A stretch of 64,000 nt of DNA, from assembly GCA_965649055.1 (NCBI GenBank), contig CBFGJG010000004.1, positions 18,343-82,342 of the forward strand. Direction: 5' to 3'. Below, in pieces: positions 7,673-17,660 of this stretch. Within the stretch, counting starts at the first letter, position 1. Every line of letters begins with the position of its first letter. This stretch comes from a candidate division WOR-3 bacterium (GTDB lineage: Bacteria; Hydrothermota; UBA3072; B12-G15). Both the position numbers and the translations under genes were made by a program. A model generated the notes under the pieces. It saw only the letters and a list, made by a program, of their open reading frames with translations. It had not been told where the DNA came from and did not search any database.

Positions 7673-8510
7673 AAATATCTGTATTCCCTGTGCATTGGAT
7701 TTTGCATACAGAACCCTTAAATTTACAGGATTTGAAGATAATGAGAAAATTATGAAGGAAATTCTAAGGGAGGTTGCTTCAATTGATTATTCTTTAACAC
7801 CTGCACACCTTGGAACTATTATATCAAGAAGGATAAAAAAACTAACAGGGATAGAAGACCCATATAAAGAAGAAAAGAAGAAACAGAATGAAATTGGGAA
7901 AAAGATATATAAGATTTTAAAAGAGATAATTTCAGGTTCAAAAAATTCAGTAGTTGATGCAATTAAAATATCATGTGTTGGAAATTCAATAGACCTTGGC
8001 GCAACTGGAATTATAAATATAGATTTTGATAAAATAAAAAAAGAATTAAATTTTGAGCTTGAAGAGAAAAAACTAAAAGATTTTATAGAGAAACTGAAAA
8101 AAGCAAAGAGTGTATTTTTTATAAGCGATAATGCTGGTGAGATTATGTTTGATAAAGTATTCCTTGAAGAGATAAAAGATAAAAAACTATATGTGAGTGT
8201 AAAAACCAAACCAATAATCAATGATATTACGATAGAAGAAATAGATGATACGGGAATAAAAGATTTTGCCGAGATTATAGAAACAGGAACTGATTCGATA
8301 GGTATAATGATGGATGAAGTAACTGATGAGTTTAAAAAAATATTTTTCACAGCTGATATGGTTATTGCAAAAGGACATGGAAATTTTGAGACACTTGTTG
8401 ATAGTAAAAGAGAAGTTTTTTTCATGCTTAAGGCGAAATGTGATTATGTTGCTCAAACACTCAAAATTTCTAAGTATTCATATTTTACAGGTAATAATTC
8501 TATTGATTAA
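7662..8510 (+). CDS. DUF89/ARMT1-like damage-control phosphatase
   Basis: N-terminal CIPC, DPY..K, GNSID, DNAGE, INDIT, KGHGNFETL, KAKC. Confidence 0.88.
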   Translation: MKIKNICIPCALDFAYRTLKFTGFEDNEKIMKEILREVASIDYSLTPAHLGTIISRRIKKLTGIEDPYKEEKKKQNEIGKKIYKILKEIISGSKNSVVDAIKISCVGNSIDLGATGIINIDFDKIKKELNFELEEKKLKDFIEKLKKAKSVFFISDNAGEIMFDKVFLEEIKDKKLYVSVKTKPIINDITIEEIDDTGIKDFAEIIETGTDSIGIMMDEVTDEFKKIFFTADMVIAKGHGNFETLVDSKREVFFMLKAKCDYVAQTLKISKYSYFTGNNSID

Positions 8511-8525
8511 TTTTTTAAAAAGATT

Positions 8526-10322
8526 TTATATAATATCCTGTTTGAAGAGTTCTTTATAAAGTTTACATTTTTTTATTAATTCTTTATGCCTTCCATCACA
8601 GACAATTTTCCCATCATTCATAACAATAACCCTTTCAGTAATGAGGATTGTCGAAGGTCTATGTGCTATAAGTATGAGCGTTTTTCCTTTAAAAAATTCC
8701 TTCAATATTTTAGTAAATTTTTTTTCCGATACGGAATCCATACTCGATGTTGGTTCATCCATAATTATTATATCAGGTTCTTTTAGCATTGTTCTTACTA
8801 TTGATATCATTTGTTTTTCACCACCTGATAACATAGAACCTTTTTCACCAGTTTTTGAGTAAACATTCTCTCTGAGTTTTGATATTATTCTATTAAATTC
8901 AAACTTTTTGAGTGCTTCTTTCAATTCTGTTTCATTCATTTCGTCAATACCATATATTAAATTATTAAATAGTGTATCGTTAAAAAGAAAACTTTCCTGA
9001 GGTATTATCCCAATCTTTTTTCTATAACTTTCTGTCTCTATATTTCTTAAAGATATTCCATCAATTAAAATTTCTCCTTTATCAGGAATATAAAATTTAG
9101 AAAGTATATCAACAAGTGTTGATTTTCCCGAACCTGATGGTCCTACGAGTGCTATCCATTCTCCTTTTTTTATCTCTAAGTTTATTCCTTTTAAAGCTTG
9201 ATTCTCTTTATAAGAAAAATGAACATTTTTAAATTCAATCTTATCGTTGAATCCTTTGAATTTTATTTTGCCATAATATTCTTTGTTCAGGTCAGATGAA
9301 AATAATTCGAGCATCCTTGTGGACGCTGTAATTGCCTGCTGGATATATGAATTTGCCCAGAAGATTCTTTTTAAAGGTCCCATAATTGAAGCTATTGAAG
9401 CTATAAAAACAAGAAACTGGTCAGCTGAAAGTGATTTTTCAATAAAAATAAGTCTTCCTCCGATTAAAAGGAATATAACACCAATAGCAGCTGTCAAGAT
9501 CTCAACCGATGGGGATGATAAACCGCTTACAAAAATATATCTTATAGTTGAATAAAAATATGTTTTAACATTTTCCTTGAATTTCTCAGTCTCTTTATCT
9601 TCTTTTGAAAATGCCTTCATAATCTTTATACCTGAGATTGCTTCTGAAAGATTTTGAGTAATAATTCCAAAGTTATCCTGGAGTTTTTTGGACCTTTTCC
9701 TTATCTTTTTGTTTATAAAATAAAAAAATATTGTTAAAACCGGAAAAAACAATAAAGCTAATATTGTTAGTTTCCATGAGATTATAATGGAGAGAAAAAG
9801 GTAAACGAATAAAAGAAAGATTTCCCTTGTGAATACTGCAATTCCATTCACATAACCTTCTCTCAGATAATTCGCATCATTAACAAATTTTGCAATTATA
9901 TCACCTGAACCTTTTTCCTTAAAGAAGCTTAAAGGCTTTCTGAGTAGATTCTGGAAAAGTTCTATCCTTATATCTTTCAATATTGATTCACCAAAATAGA
10001 AATTCATTATATTGTCAATATACATTATTAAAAATCTAAAAAGATAAATTATAACAACTATTATTGATATTTTCTTTAAGGCTTCAAAATTGGAATAAGA
10101 AAAAACAAATCTTTGGAGGAAATTCGCAATTGGATTTAAAAAGCCGTATCTTGAAAGAAAATCTGGAACGCCACCTATTCCAAATAAAACCCTGAGTAAC
10201 GGTGATAAAGTTCCAAGTGTTAATCCTTCAGAAAGAGACCTTATGAAAAGGATTAAAATTAAAATAAGGAATTTATATTTTTCCCTAAATAAAAATCTTA
10301 GAATAAATTTTCTTTCTTCCAT
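8526..10322 (-). CDS. ABC transporter permease/ATPase, MsbA-like
   Basis: TM domain plus GPSGSGKS, LSGGEKQ, MDEPTS and IAHR. Confidence 0.9.
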   Translation of the reverse strand: MEERKFILRFLFREKYKFLILILILFIRSLSEGLTLGTLSPLLRVLFGIGGVPDFLSRYGFLNPIANFLQRFVFSYSNFEALKKISIIVVIIYLFRFLIMYIDNIMNFYFGESILKDIRIELFQNLLRKPLSFFKEKGSGDIIAKFVNDANYLREGYVNGIAVFTREIFLLFVYLFLSIIISWKLTILALLFFPVLTIFFYFINKKIRKRSKKLQDNFGIITQNLSEAISGIKIMKAFSKEDKETEKFKENVKTYFYSTIRYIFVSGLSSPSVEILTAAIGVIFLLIGGRLIFIEKSLSADQFLVFIASIASIMGPLKRIFWANSYIQQAITASTRMLELFSSDLNKEYYGKIKFKGFNDKIEFKNVHFSYKENQALKGINLEIKKGEWIALVGPSGSGKSTLVDILSKFYIPDKGEILIDGISLRNIETESYRKKIGIIPQESFLFNDTLFNNLIYGIDEMNETELKEALKKFEFNRIISKLRENVYSKTGEKGSMLSGGEKQMISIVRTMLKEPDIIIMDEPTSSMDSVSEKKFTKILKEFFKGKTLILIAHRPSTILITERVIVMNDGKIVCDGRHKELIKKCKLYKELFKQDII

Positions 10323-11563
10323 TTCTCTATTTCAAGAATCTTACCAACAAGATAAAGAGAACCTGTTATAAGGTAAGGTGGTTTTAGTTTTTTTAAAAAT
10401 TTATAAGCATCTCCAACATCTTCAAAGTATGAAAATTTTTTCCTGTTTTTTTTTATTTCCAAGATTAAATCTTCTTCATTTATCGCCCTTTCACCACCAA
10501 TTTTTGCGAGTATAAAGTTTTCTGTTAATTCAGAGAGTATTTTAATCATTTCTTTATAAGGTTTTCTTTTAAGACAGTAAAAAAGAACAACGGGTTTTTC
10601 TTTTATAACATTTTTATAAGTCTTTGTTAAAATCTCTATAGACCTTTTGTTATGCGCTCCGTCGAGGATTGTAAGTGGATTTTTCTTTAAAATCTGGAAT
10701 CTTCCCGGGAATATTACTTCCTTCAATGCATCTTTTGTTTTCAGATAATCAAATTTAAAAGGTGATTGATTAACCGCTTCTATTGCAGTTGCTGCATTCC
10801 TTGCCTGATGTTCACCTGTCATTTTTATGAAATATTCATTTCCATTGTATGAAAATAGGGTTCCATCAAGCGAGATATTTTTTATTTTAACAGGTGTATC
10901 AATACCTACAAATGTTACTTTTGATTTTGCTAATCCGCTGATATAATCCCTGACTATCTTTTTCTGTGGTGATGAAACAATCGGAACATATTCCCTTGTA
11001 ATTCCCATCTTTTCTTTTGTTATATTTTTCAATGTTCTACCAAGTATATGTGTATGGTCATAGGATATTTCTGTTATAACTGAAACAACAGGCTCAACAA
11101 CGTTTGTTGCATCAAGTCTTCCACCAAGCCCCACTTCAAATACCGCAACATCTACTTTTTTTTCTTTAAAATATAAAAATGACATAAGGGTCAAAGTTTC
11201 AAAAACGCTTCTGTAACTTCCATTCCTTACCTTTTCCTTTATATAAGATATTAAATCAGCAAATTCCTGTTTCCCAATTAACTTTCCATCAATGCTTATC
11301 CTTTCCCTTATATCAACAAGATGAGGGGATAGAAAAAGGCCTGTTTTATAACCATTAGAATTCAAGATTTTTGCAATGAATAACGAAGTGCTTCCTTTTC
11401 CTTTTGTTCCTGCAACAATAAAAGAAGGAAAATATTTATGGGGATTACCAAAATCATTAAGTGTTTTCTTGAAATCATCAAGTGATTCAGGGTATTTTAC
11501 CTTCGCTGATTTTTCTCTGTCTATCAGGGAATTTAGAAATCTATTTGCTTCTTCGAAATTCAT
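10298..11563 (-). CDS. folC: Folylpolyglutamate/dihydrofolate synthase
   Basis: VAGTKGKGS, SPHL, EVGLGGRLDATN, PGRFQ, LDGAHN, TGSLYLVG. Confidence 0.95.
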   Translation of the reverse strand: MNFEEANRFLNSLIDREKSAKVKYPESLDDFKKTLNDFGNPHKYFPSFIVAGTKGKGSTSLFIAKILNSNGYKTGLFLSPHLVDIRERISIDGKLIGKQEFADLISYIKEKVRNGSYRSVFETLTLMSFLYFKEKKVDVAVFEVGLGGRLDATNVVEPVVSVITEISYDHTHILGRTLKNITKEKMGITREYVPIVSSPQKKIVRDYISGLAKSKVTFVGIDTPVKIKNISLDGTLFSYNGNEYFIKMTGEHQARNAATAIEAVNQSPFKFDYLKTKDALKEVIFPGRFQILKKNPLTILDGAHNKRSIEILTKTYKNVIKEKPVVLFYCLKRKPYKEMIKILSELTENFILAKIGGERAINEEDLILEIKKNRKKFSYFEDVGDAYKFLKKLKPPYLITGSLYLVGKILEIEKWKKENLF

Positions 11564-12290
11564 CTAAATTTTTCCATCCAAGAAAGATATCTCCAAGATG
11601 TTTTTTTATAACATTGATAAGTTTATCTTTAAATTCGCTGGCTTCTTTTATATCAAATCTTGGTGCTCCTTCGTTTTTCTTATAAATAATAATAGAACCA
11701 GGTATTGGGACAGCATAAATGCCATCATTATAAAGATAAATATCTTCTTTTTTATAAAGATTCTTATCTACAAGTTCAGGGAAAATTGAATATATCATAG
11801 CGTTTTCATCAACACCTGCATGTGAACCTGATTCACCAAAATATTCTTTTGTTAGTTCAGAACAAAGAATCCACCAGTGTATAGCTGCACAATAGACATT
11901 TCTTTCCCTGTATATTTTGTACACTATTTCTTTTAACACATTATTGTTCCCACCATGACCATTAAAGATTATTATTTTCCTGAAACCTATCGATGATAAT
12001 CCTTTTAGAACTTCTAAAACATATTCTTCAAAAACCCTGTCATCAATTGTAATTGAACCGGGATATGGAAGAAGTGAATGTGTTATCCCGTAACTTATAG
12101 TTGGGCTTACAATTGCATTGAATTCTTCGGCAAGGTTATTGGCAAGAAATTCGGGTATAATATTATCAGTCCCGAGTGGACCACACCCGTGTGCTTCGAT
12201 TGTTCCTACAGGAAGAAAACAGGTATCAATTTTTTCTGGAACTAACCTGCTTAATTCCTTCCAGTTAATCCTTTCTAATCTTCTTTCCAT
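11541..12290 (-). CDS. Creatininase-family amidohydrolase
   Basis: PVGTIEAHG, LGTD, NGHGGN, HAG..E. Confidence 0.9.
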   Translation of the reverse strand: MERRLERINWKELSRLVPEKIDTCFLPVGTIEAHGCGPLGTDNIIPEFLANNLAEEFNAIVSPTISYGITHSLLPYPGSITIDDRVFEEYVLEVLKGLSSIGFRKIIIFNGHGGNNNVLKEIVYKIYRERNVYCAAIHWWILCSELTKEYFGESGSHAGVDENAMIYSIFPELVDKNLYKKEDIYLYNDGIYAVPIPGSIIIYKKNEGAPRFDIKEASEFKDKLINVIKKHLGDIFLGWKNLDEFRRSK

Positions 12291-12997
12291 CTTCTGTAAT
12301 ACTCTATTTTTTCCTTCATCTCTCGAACTGCGTTCCCTAAACCTGTAATAACAGACCTTGCTACGATTGAATGCCCAATATTAAGTTCTATAATCTCCTG
12401 TATCTTTGCAATTTCCCCAACATTCTGTAGGTTCAAACCATGACCTGCGTGGACTTCAAGACCCAAGGATAATGCTTTTCTTGCTGTTGATTCTATATCT
12501 TTTAATGTTTTTTTATCAAGTGTTTCTGCATACTTTCCTGTATTAATCTCTATAGCATTTGCTCCAATATCCTTTGAAATAATAGCAGCTTCTATATCCG
12601 GCTCAACGAATAAAGTAACTTTTATGTTATTCTGTTTTAATCTTTCTATAACTTTTTCAACCGCTTTACTCATTTTTTTTAGGTCTAACCCACCTTCTGT
12701 TGTTATCTCTTCCATTCTTTCAGGAACAATACACACCCAGTGTGGTTTTACCTCGTTTATAAAATCCTGAATATTTTTATCGATAGAACATTCAACATTA
12801 AGATGGGTTTTTACAACCTGCTTCAACAATCTTATATCCCTTTCTTTTATATGCCTTCTGTCTATCCTTAAATGAACTGTTATACCATCTGCTCCATTTG
12901 ACTCTGCTATGATTGCGGCTTCAACAGGTTCAGGATAATTTACACCCCTTAATTCCCTTATTGTTGCTATATGGTCAATATTAACACCAAGCCTCAT
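12275..12997 (-). CDS. pdxJ: Pyridoxine 5'-phosphate synthase
   Basis: LGVNIDHIATIR, ITVHLR.DRRHI, TTEGGLD, AGHGL, ELNIGH. Confidence 0.97.
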   Translation of the reverse strand: MRLGVNIDHIATIRELRGVNYPEPVEAAIIAESNGADGITVHLRIDRRHIKERDIRLLKQVVKTHLNVECSIDKNIQDFINEVKPHWVCIVPERMEEITTEGGLDLKKMSKAVEKVIERLKQNNIKVTLFVEPDIEAAIISKDIGANAIEINTGKYAETLDKKTLKDIESTARKALSLGLEVHAGHGLNLQNVGEIAKIQEIIELNIGHSIVARSVITGLGNAVREMKEKIEYYRRWKED

Positions 12998-13329
12998 TGC
13001 TGTGAGATTCTCCTGTCTGTCTCCCTTAATCTCTTAACAAGTGTGAGAATAAGTGCACCTATAAGGGGTTCTTCTTCCATTTTTTTTCTTAATGTTTCTG
13101 CATCAAGGACCTGAACAATTGTTTCTTCAATTGCTTCTGCAGTTGCAGAACGTGGTCTTCTGTCAAGAACTCCCATTTCACCAACAAAATCTCCACTCCT
13201 TAATTCTGCGAGGACAACATTGTTTTTTATTATCTTGACCCTGCCGCGCAGAATGAGATACATCTCATAAGATGGGTCACCTTCCTTAAAAATAATTTCT
13301 CCTTTTTTAAAGGATTTTTCCTTTGTCAT
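12994..13329 (-). CDS. Stand-alone cyclic-nucleotide-binding domain protein
   Basis: IFKEGD, GDFVGEM, PRSATA; no HTH. Start set at ATG 13329 (SD AGGAG, ATGA overlap with the secDF stop). Confidence 0.85.
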   Translation of the reverse strand: MTKEKSFKKGEIIFKEGDPSYEMYLILRGRVKIIKNNVVLAELRSGDFVGEMGVLDRRPRSATAEAIEETIVQVLDAETLRKKMEEEPLIGALILTLVKRLRETDRRISQQ

Positions 13330-15743
13330 TTTAATCTCCTTGATGGGAATTTTCTTTCCCAATCAGAGACTAAAGTTGCAACAACGAATATACTTGAGTA
13401 AGTTCCTGATATAATTCCAACAAGAAGTGTAAAAGCAAAATCATGGATAACCCTACCACCAAAGAAGAAAAGTACAACAACTACAAACAAAGTGGTTAGA
13501 GCGGTTATAATTGTCCTTCCAAGGGTTTCATTTAGGCTTCTATTGATAATTGTATCGTAGTTATCTTTCCTTAAGAGTTTTACATTTTCCCTTATTCTAT
13601 CCGAAACGATGATTGAATCATTTATTGAATAACCAAGTATTGTTAATATAGCAGCAATAACTGATATTGTTATTTCTTTGTTCGTTATTGATAAAAATCC
13701 AAGGGTTATAATGAGGTCGTGAATGAGCGCAAGAACAGATGCGGTCCCTATTCTAAAAGTGAATCTTATAGAGACATATAATAGAATTCCAACCATACTT
13801 AAGATAACAACCCAAAGAGTTCTTAATCTCAAACCTGCACTTGTGGAAGGTCCAACAAGTTCTTCCCTTGGATATTCAATCTTGTTATCTTTAAAACTTT
13901 CGCTTATCACCTTTTTTATGTTTTCCATTACCTTTGGGTCTGTTTCTTTAGTCCTTACAAGGAAGATATTTGTCCCGGAATACTTCTGGATATTACTTTC
14001 TCCAAGTCCAAGTTTACCCAGTGTTGCTCTTAATTCACCTATACTTACCGGTTTTTCAAATGAAACTTCAAATATGTATCCACCTGTGAAATCAACACCA
14101 TATCTAAAACCTTTATGTGCGATAACAGAGCCTATTGAAATTAAAATCAGTGCTAATGAAAGATAGTAGGCTATTTTTCTTATCTTAATAAAATTTATAT
14201 TTGGGTTTCTGAAAACAATGAGCATTTTTATTGATTTTATTCTTCCAAGAGAGACAGTATCAAGGATCATTCTGGATACGAATAATGCAGTGAAGAAAGA
14301 TGCTACAAGACCTAAAGAGAGTGTTATAGCGAAACCCCTGATAGGTCCTGTACCAAACCAGTAAAGTATAAGTGCGGTGAATATAGTTGTAACATTTGCA
14401 TCAAATATCGTTATAAATACCCTTGAATATGCAGCTGCAATAGAAGTCCTTAGAGTCTTCCCAGCAGAAAGTTCTTCCCTTAATCTCTCATAGATTAAAA
14501 CATTTGCATCAACAGCCATACCAATTGTTAAAACAATACCTGCAATACCCGGTAGTGTTAATGTTGCCCTGAAAGCAGATAACATAGCAAGGAGGAATAA
14601 AACATTCAATATGAGCCCAAAATCTGCTATAATACCAGGTATAAAATAGTAAATTATCATAAATATGAAAACAATTAGTGCTGCAATAATGAATGAAAAG
14701 CTTCCCTGTCTTATTGAGTCTATACCGAGTGAAGGACCAACAACCCTTTCTTCGACTATATTAAGAGGAGCAGGTAATGCACCTGCTTTTAATATGATTG
14801 CGAGTGTTTTTGCATCTTCAAGTGTAGAACCACCCATTTCAATAAGTGATTGCCCTGATGGGATTCTTTCTTTTACAACAGGTGCAGACTGAACAACACC
14901 ATCAAGGACAATAGCGATTCTTTTTCCAATATTTGCACCTGTTATCATTGCCCATTTTCCTCTTGCTTCCCTTGTCATGGTGAGTTCAACCCTTGGTGCA
15001 TAAGGATTTCCTGGTGTTCCGAGACCCGGAATAGCATCAAGTATCGCATCACCGGTAAGAAGAGGTTCTGCCTTAACAAGGTATAAAGGGTAAAGGGAAT
15101 ATCCCTGCATCAAAATTTTTTCACCCCAGAGGAATTCATATCCATATGGTATAAGTTCTTTCACTTTTTGATCATTGAGTAATCTTTCAACATTAGTCCT
15201 ATAGTTTTCTTCTATACCCTGCATTTCTGATACAAAATATCCTGAAAGTGTCATTGTATCACCGTATGTTTTCTTTAAATATTCATCTATTACACTTAAA
15301 GTATTTTTTAAGATTTCGGGATCTGCAACAAGTTTGAATTCAAGGAGTGCTGTTTTCCCTATAATCTCTTCAGCCCTTTCCTTGTTTATCACACCGGGAA
15401 GTTGTATAAGTATTTTATCCGTTCCCTGTTTCTGTATAATAGGTTCTGATACGCCAAATTTGTCAATTCTGTTTCTAATAATCTCAAGTGCCCTATCAAT
15501 AGCACCTGTCTGTTCTTCGGGTTTCAACTTCGATTTGTCTATCTCAAGAACGATATGCATACCACCCCTTAAGTCAAGACCAAGATGTAGCGCCCTTGAG
15601 GATAACTTTTTTAGCTGTAAAGGATCAAAATAACTTTTGTCTTCTTCAGTGAGTCTAAAATACCTATAAGAATAAGACAATTGCCAAATAGAAAGACCTA
15701 TAAGGATTACTACTAAAAGATATTTCCATTGTAGATTTCGCAT
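13326..15743 (-). CDS. secDF: Fused protein translocase subunit SecDF
   Basis: LGLDLRGG, RIDKFGVSEP, GMAVDANVLIYER, GVDFTGG, GYSINDSIIVSDRIRE. Confidence 0.97.
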   Translation of the reverse strand: MRNLQWKYLLVVILIGLSIWQLSYSYRYFRLTEEDKSYFDPLQLKKLSSRALHLGLDLRGGMHIVLEIDKSKLKPEEQTGAIDRALEIIRNRIDKFGVSEPIIQKQGTDKILIQLPGVINKERAEEIIGKTALLEFKLVADPEILKNTLSVIDEYLKKTYGDTMTLSGYFVSEMQGIEENYRTNVERLLNDQKVKELIPYGYEFLWGEKILMQGYSLYPLYLVKAEPLLTGDAILDAIPGLGTPGNPYAPRVELTMTREARGKWAMITGANIGKRIAIVLDGVVQSAPVVKERIPSGQSLIEMGGSTLEDAKTLAIILKAGALPAPLNIVEERVVGPSLGIDSIRQGSFSFIIAALIVFIFMIIYYFIPGIIADFGLILNVLFLLAMLSAFRATLTLPGIAGIVLTIGMAVDANVLIYERLREELSAGKTLRTSIAAAYSRVFITIFDANVTTIFTALILYWFGTGPIRGFAITLSLGLVASFFTALFVSRMILDTVSLGRIKSIKMLIVFRNPNINFIKIRKIAYYLSLALILISIGSVIAHKGFRYGVDFTGGYIFEVSFEKPVSIGELRATLGKLGLGESNIQKYSGTNIFLVRTKETDPKVMENIKKVISESFKDNKIEYPREELVGPSTSAGLRLRTLWVVILSMVGILLYVSIRFTFRIGTASVLALIHDLIITLGFLSITNKEITISVIAAILTILGYSINDSIIVSDRIRENVKLLRKDNYDTIINRSLNETLGRTIITALTTLFVVVVLFFFGGRVIHDFAFTLLVGIISGTYSSIFVVATLVSDWERKFPSRRLK

Positions 15744-15751
15744 TTAACCTC

Positions 15752-16375
15752 CTAAATGAATATTTTTTTGCCTTTACCAATTATTTCGTTTAATGCGTCT
15801 TTGAAATAGTTTGTTGTTTTTAGAACTTCAGGGTCAACTGATTCAGAATAAAACTTGTAAGATGTTTTTATCTCTTCGCCAAGAAGTTCTTTTAAGTTCC
15901 CTTCTGCAAGACCCCTATCTATCTTTTCCTTATGATATAGAAGTAGGTCCCTTGCAAGTGAACGTGCAAGCCTTTTTGCATGTCTGTGTTTGTTTTTTTT
16001 CTCTTCAGGCCAGTCAGGTGGAAATTCTGCAGTATCTCCACCTATACCTAAAGAAGCCTTTAACCTTTCTGCTGCTGCGGCGAATTGTGAAGGTGTAGGT
16101 TGTGGCTTGGGAGGTGGTGTTGGTGTAGGTTTTGGTGTGGGTGTCGGAGTAGGAGTAGGTGTTGGTTGTGGTTTAACAAATGGAGGTGTTGGGGTAGGTT
16201 TTGGTGTCTCTATAGTAGGTGTTTCAACTATAGGTTCAAGATGGATATTTAAAGGTTCTCTATATATTGTAAAAACATTTCCACATTTTGGGCATTTTAC
16301 AGGTGCACCACCAACAGGAACATCTGAATCATTTACCCTGTATTTTGTCTTACATTTAGGGCATTCAGTAAACAT
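15752..16375 (-). CDS. MJ0042-type zinc ribbon, Pro/Thr linker and RomX-like C-terminal domain
   Basis: CPKCKTKY...KCPKCGNVF; PTPTP linker; C-terminal AKRLARSLARDLLLYH...NYFKDALNEI. Confidence 0.75.
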   Translation of the reverse strand: MFTECPKCKTKYRVNDSDVPVGGAPVKCPKCGNVFTIYREPLNIHLEPIVETPTIETPKPTPTPPFVKPQPTPTPTPTPTPKPTPTPPPKPQPTPSQFAAAAERLKASLGIGGDTAEFPPDWPEEKKNKHRHAKRLARSLARDLLLYHKEKIDRGLAEGNLKELLGEEIKTSYKFYSESVDPEVLKTTNYFKDALNEIIGKGKKIFI

Positions 16376-16424
16376 ATTTTTCCTCCAAGTTTATAATATA
16401 AAAATAAAAGAATTTGTAATTGTG

Positions 16425-17006
16425 TCAATAAAATTTTAAAAATAATTCCATTATAATAGCACCGCATATTCCTGTTGTGAAATTATCGTCTATTTTGTTT
16501 GGAAGCATCTCTATTATGCTTGAGGTTAATGCTCCTATAAAGATAACAATTAGAGGAAGATGAAAATAAAGATTAAGAATTAATCCAATAATAATGGATG
16601 AAGTGAAAAAGGCGAGACTACCTTCGATACTTTTACCCCATTTAAACCTGTGTTTACCATAAGGAATTCCTATGAGATTTGAAAATGTATCACCTATAAT
16701 AAGATATGATATTGATAATATTGCCACAGGTTTTGAAAAAATTCCAATGATAATCGAAAGGGCTATTAGGAAGAAAGTATCTCCAAGGAGGATACCGGGT
16801 TCTTTTTTTAAGACACCTTTTGAATGTTCATGCAGGACATTGTAAAAATTAGGTGTTATCTTCCGTATAACTTCTATTGGTGTAAGAATACCAAGAAGAT
16901 AAAAGATTAGCATCTGAACAGGTATCTTTGAGGGTGTAAAAAAATAAAGAACCGGGAAAACGCTTCCGGCAAGGATTCTATAAAGTTTTCTTGCTTTTAT
17001 CTTCAT
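16425..17006 (-). CDS. SEC59/DGK1/VTE5-like CTP-dependent lipid kinase
   Basis: Multi-TM; GD..S.LIG..YG, KSIEGS, EML...DDN. Confidence 0.8.
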   Translation of the reverse strand: MKIKARKLYRILAGSVFPVLYFFTPSKIPVQMLIFYLLGILTPIEVIRKITPNFYNVLHEHSKGVLKKEPGILLGDTFFLIALSIIIGIFSKPVAILSISYLIIGDTFSNLIGIPYGKHRFKWGKSIEGSLAFFTSSIIIGLILNLYFHLPLIVIFIGALTSSIIEMLPNKIDDNFTTGICGAIIMELFLKFY

Positions 17007-17577
17007 GTTTTTTCCTTATATTCATTTCTTTAATTGTATCTATATTTGCGATTGTTCCTAAGGATAAAAAGATAATAAAGAATGGAAGAACCCATTTTAT
17101 ATGTGACCAGTAGATAAGAAAAACTATAGAAAGACCAATACCAAAAATTGAGACTATAAGGAAGGGATTTCTTGGTGATTTTCTTGTTATGTAATAAAGA
17201 AGAAGTGCAATGGGGAAGAATTTGGGAAATAGAAAAAGGAGTATACCACCTGATGTTGATGCACCTTTTCCACCTTTAAATCTTAAAAAAATAGACCAGC
17301 AATGTCCGGAAAGTGCTGCAATACCTGATAGCCCTGTATAGAATGGATGAATTTTAAAAATATATTTTGAAATGAGCATAGGTATAACACCTTTTATTGT
17401 ATCAAGTATCCATACTATTATTCCATAAATCTTACCAACTTCCCTTGAGACATTTGCTGCACCCGGATTTTTAGTTCCAACCTGAAGGATATTTACCCCT
17501 TTCAAACGTGAGATAATAATTGCAAAAGGTATTGAACCAAAAATATATCCAATTAGAAGGGATAAAACTATCTTCAT
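16978..17577 (-). CDS. plsY: Glycerol-3-phosphate acyltransferase
   Basis: GYIFGSIP, GTKNPGAAN, D..KG, GH.WSIFLRFKGGKG. Confidence 0.88.
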   Translation of the reverse strand: MKIVLSLLIGYIFGSIPFAIIISRLKGVNILQVGTKNPGAANVSREVGKIYGIIVWILDTIKGVIPMLISKYIFKIHPFYTGLSGIAALSGHCWSIFLRFKGGKGASTSGGILLFLFPKFFPIALLLYYITRKSPRNPFLIVSIFGIGLSIVFLIYWSHIKWVLPFFIIFLSLGTIANIDTIKEMNIRKKHEDKSKKTL

Positions 17578-17660
17578 AATATAAAAATAAAAAATATTTA
17601 TGTTTAGTCAAGTTTAAAGGTTTTTATTGACATTTTTTATTCGTTTTATATATATAATTT

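Noticed and set aside
7787..8425. 212-aa minus-strand ORF
   Set aside because: Antisense to the DUF89 gene; Ser/Ile/Phe-rich composition typical of a shadow frame.
15990..16439. Gly/Val-repeat ORF and apparent tandem DNA repeats
   Set aside because: Mirror image of the Pro/Thr linker on the coding strand.
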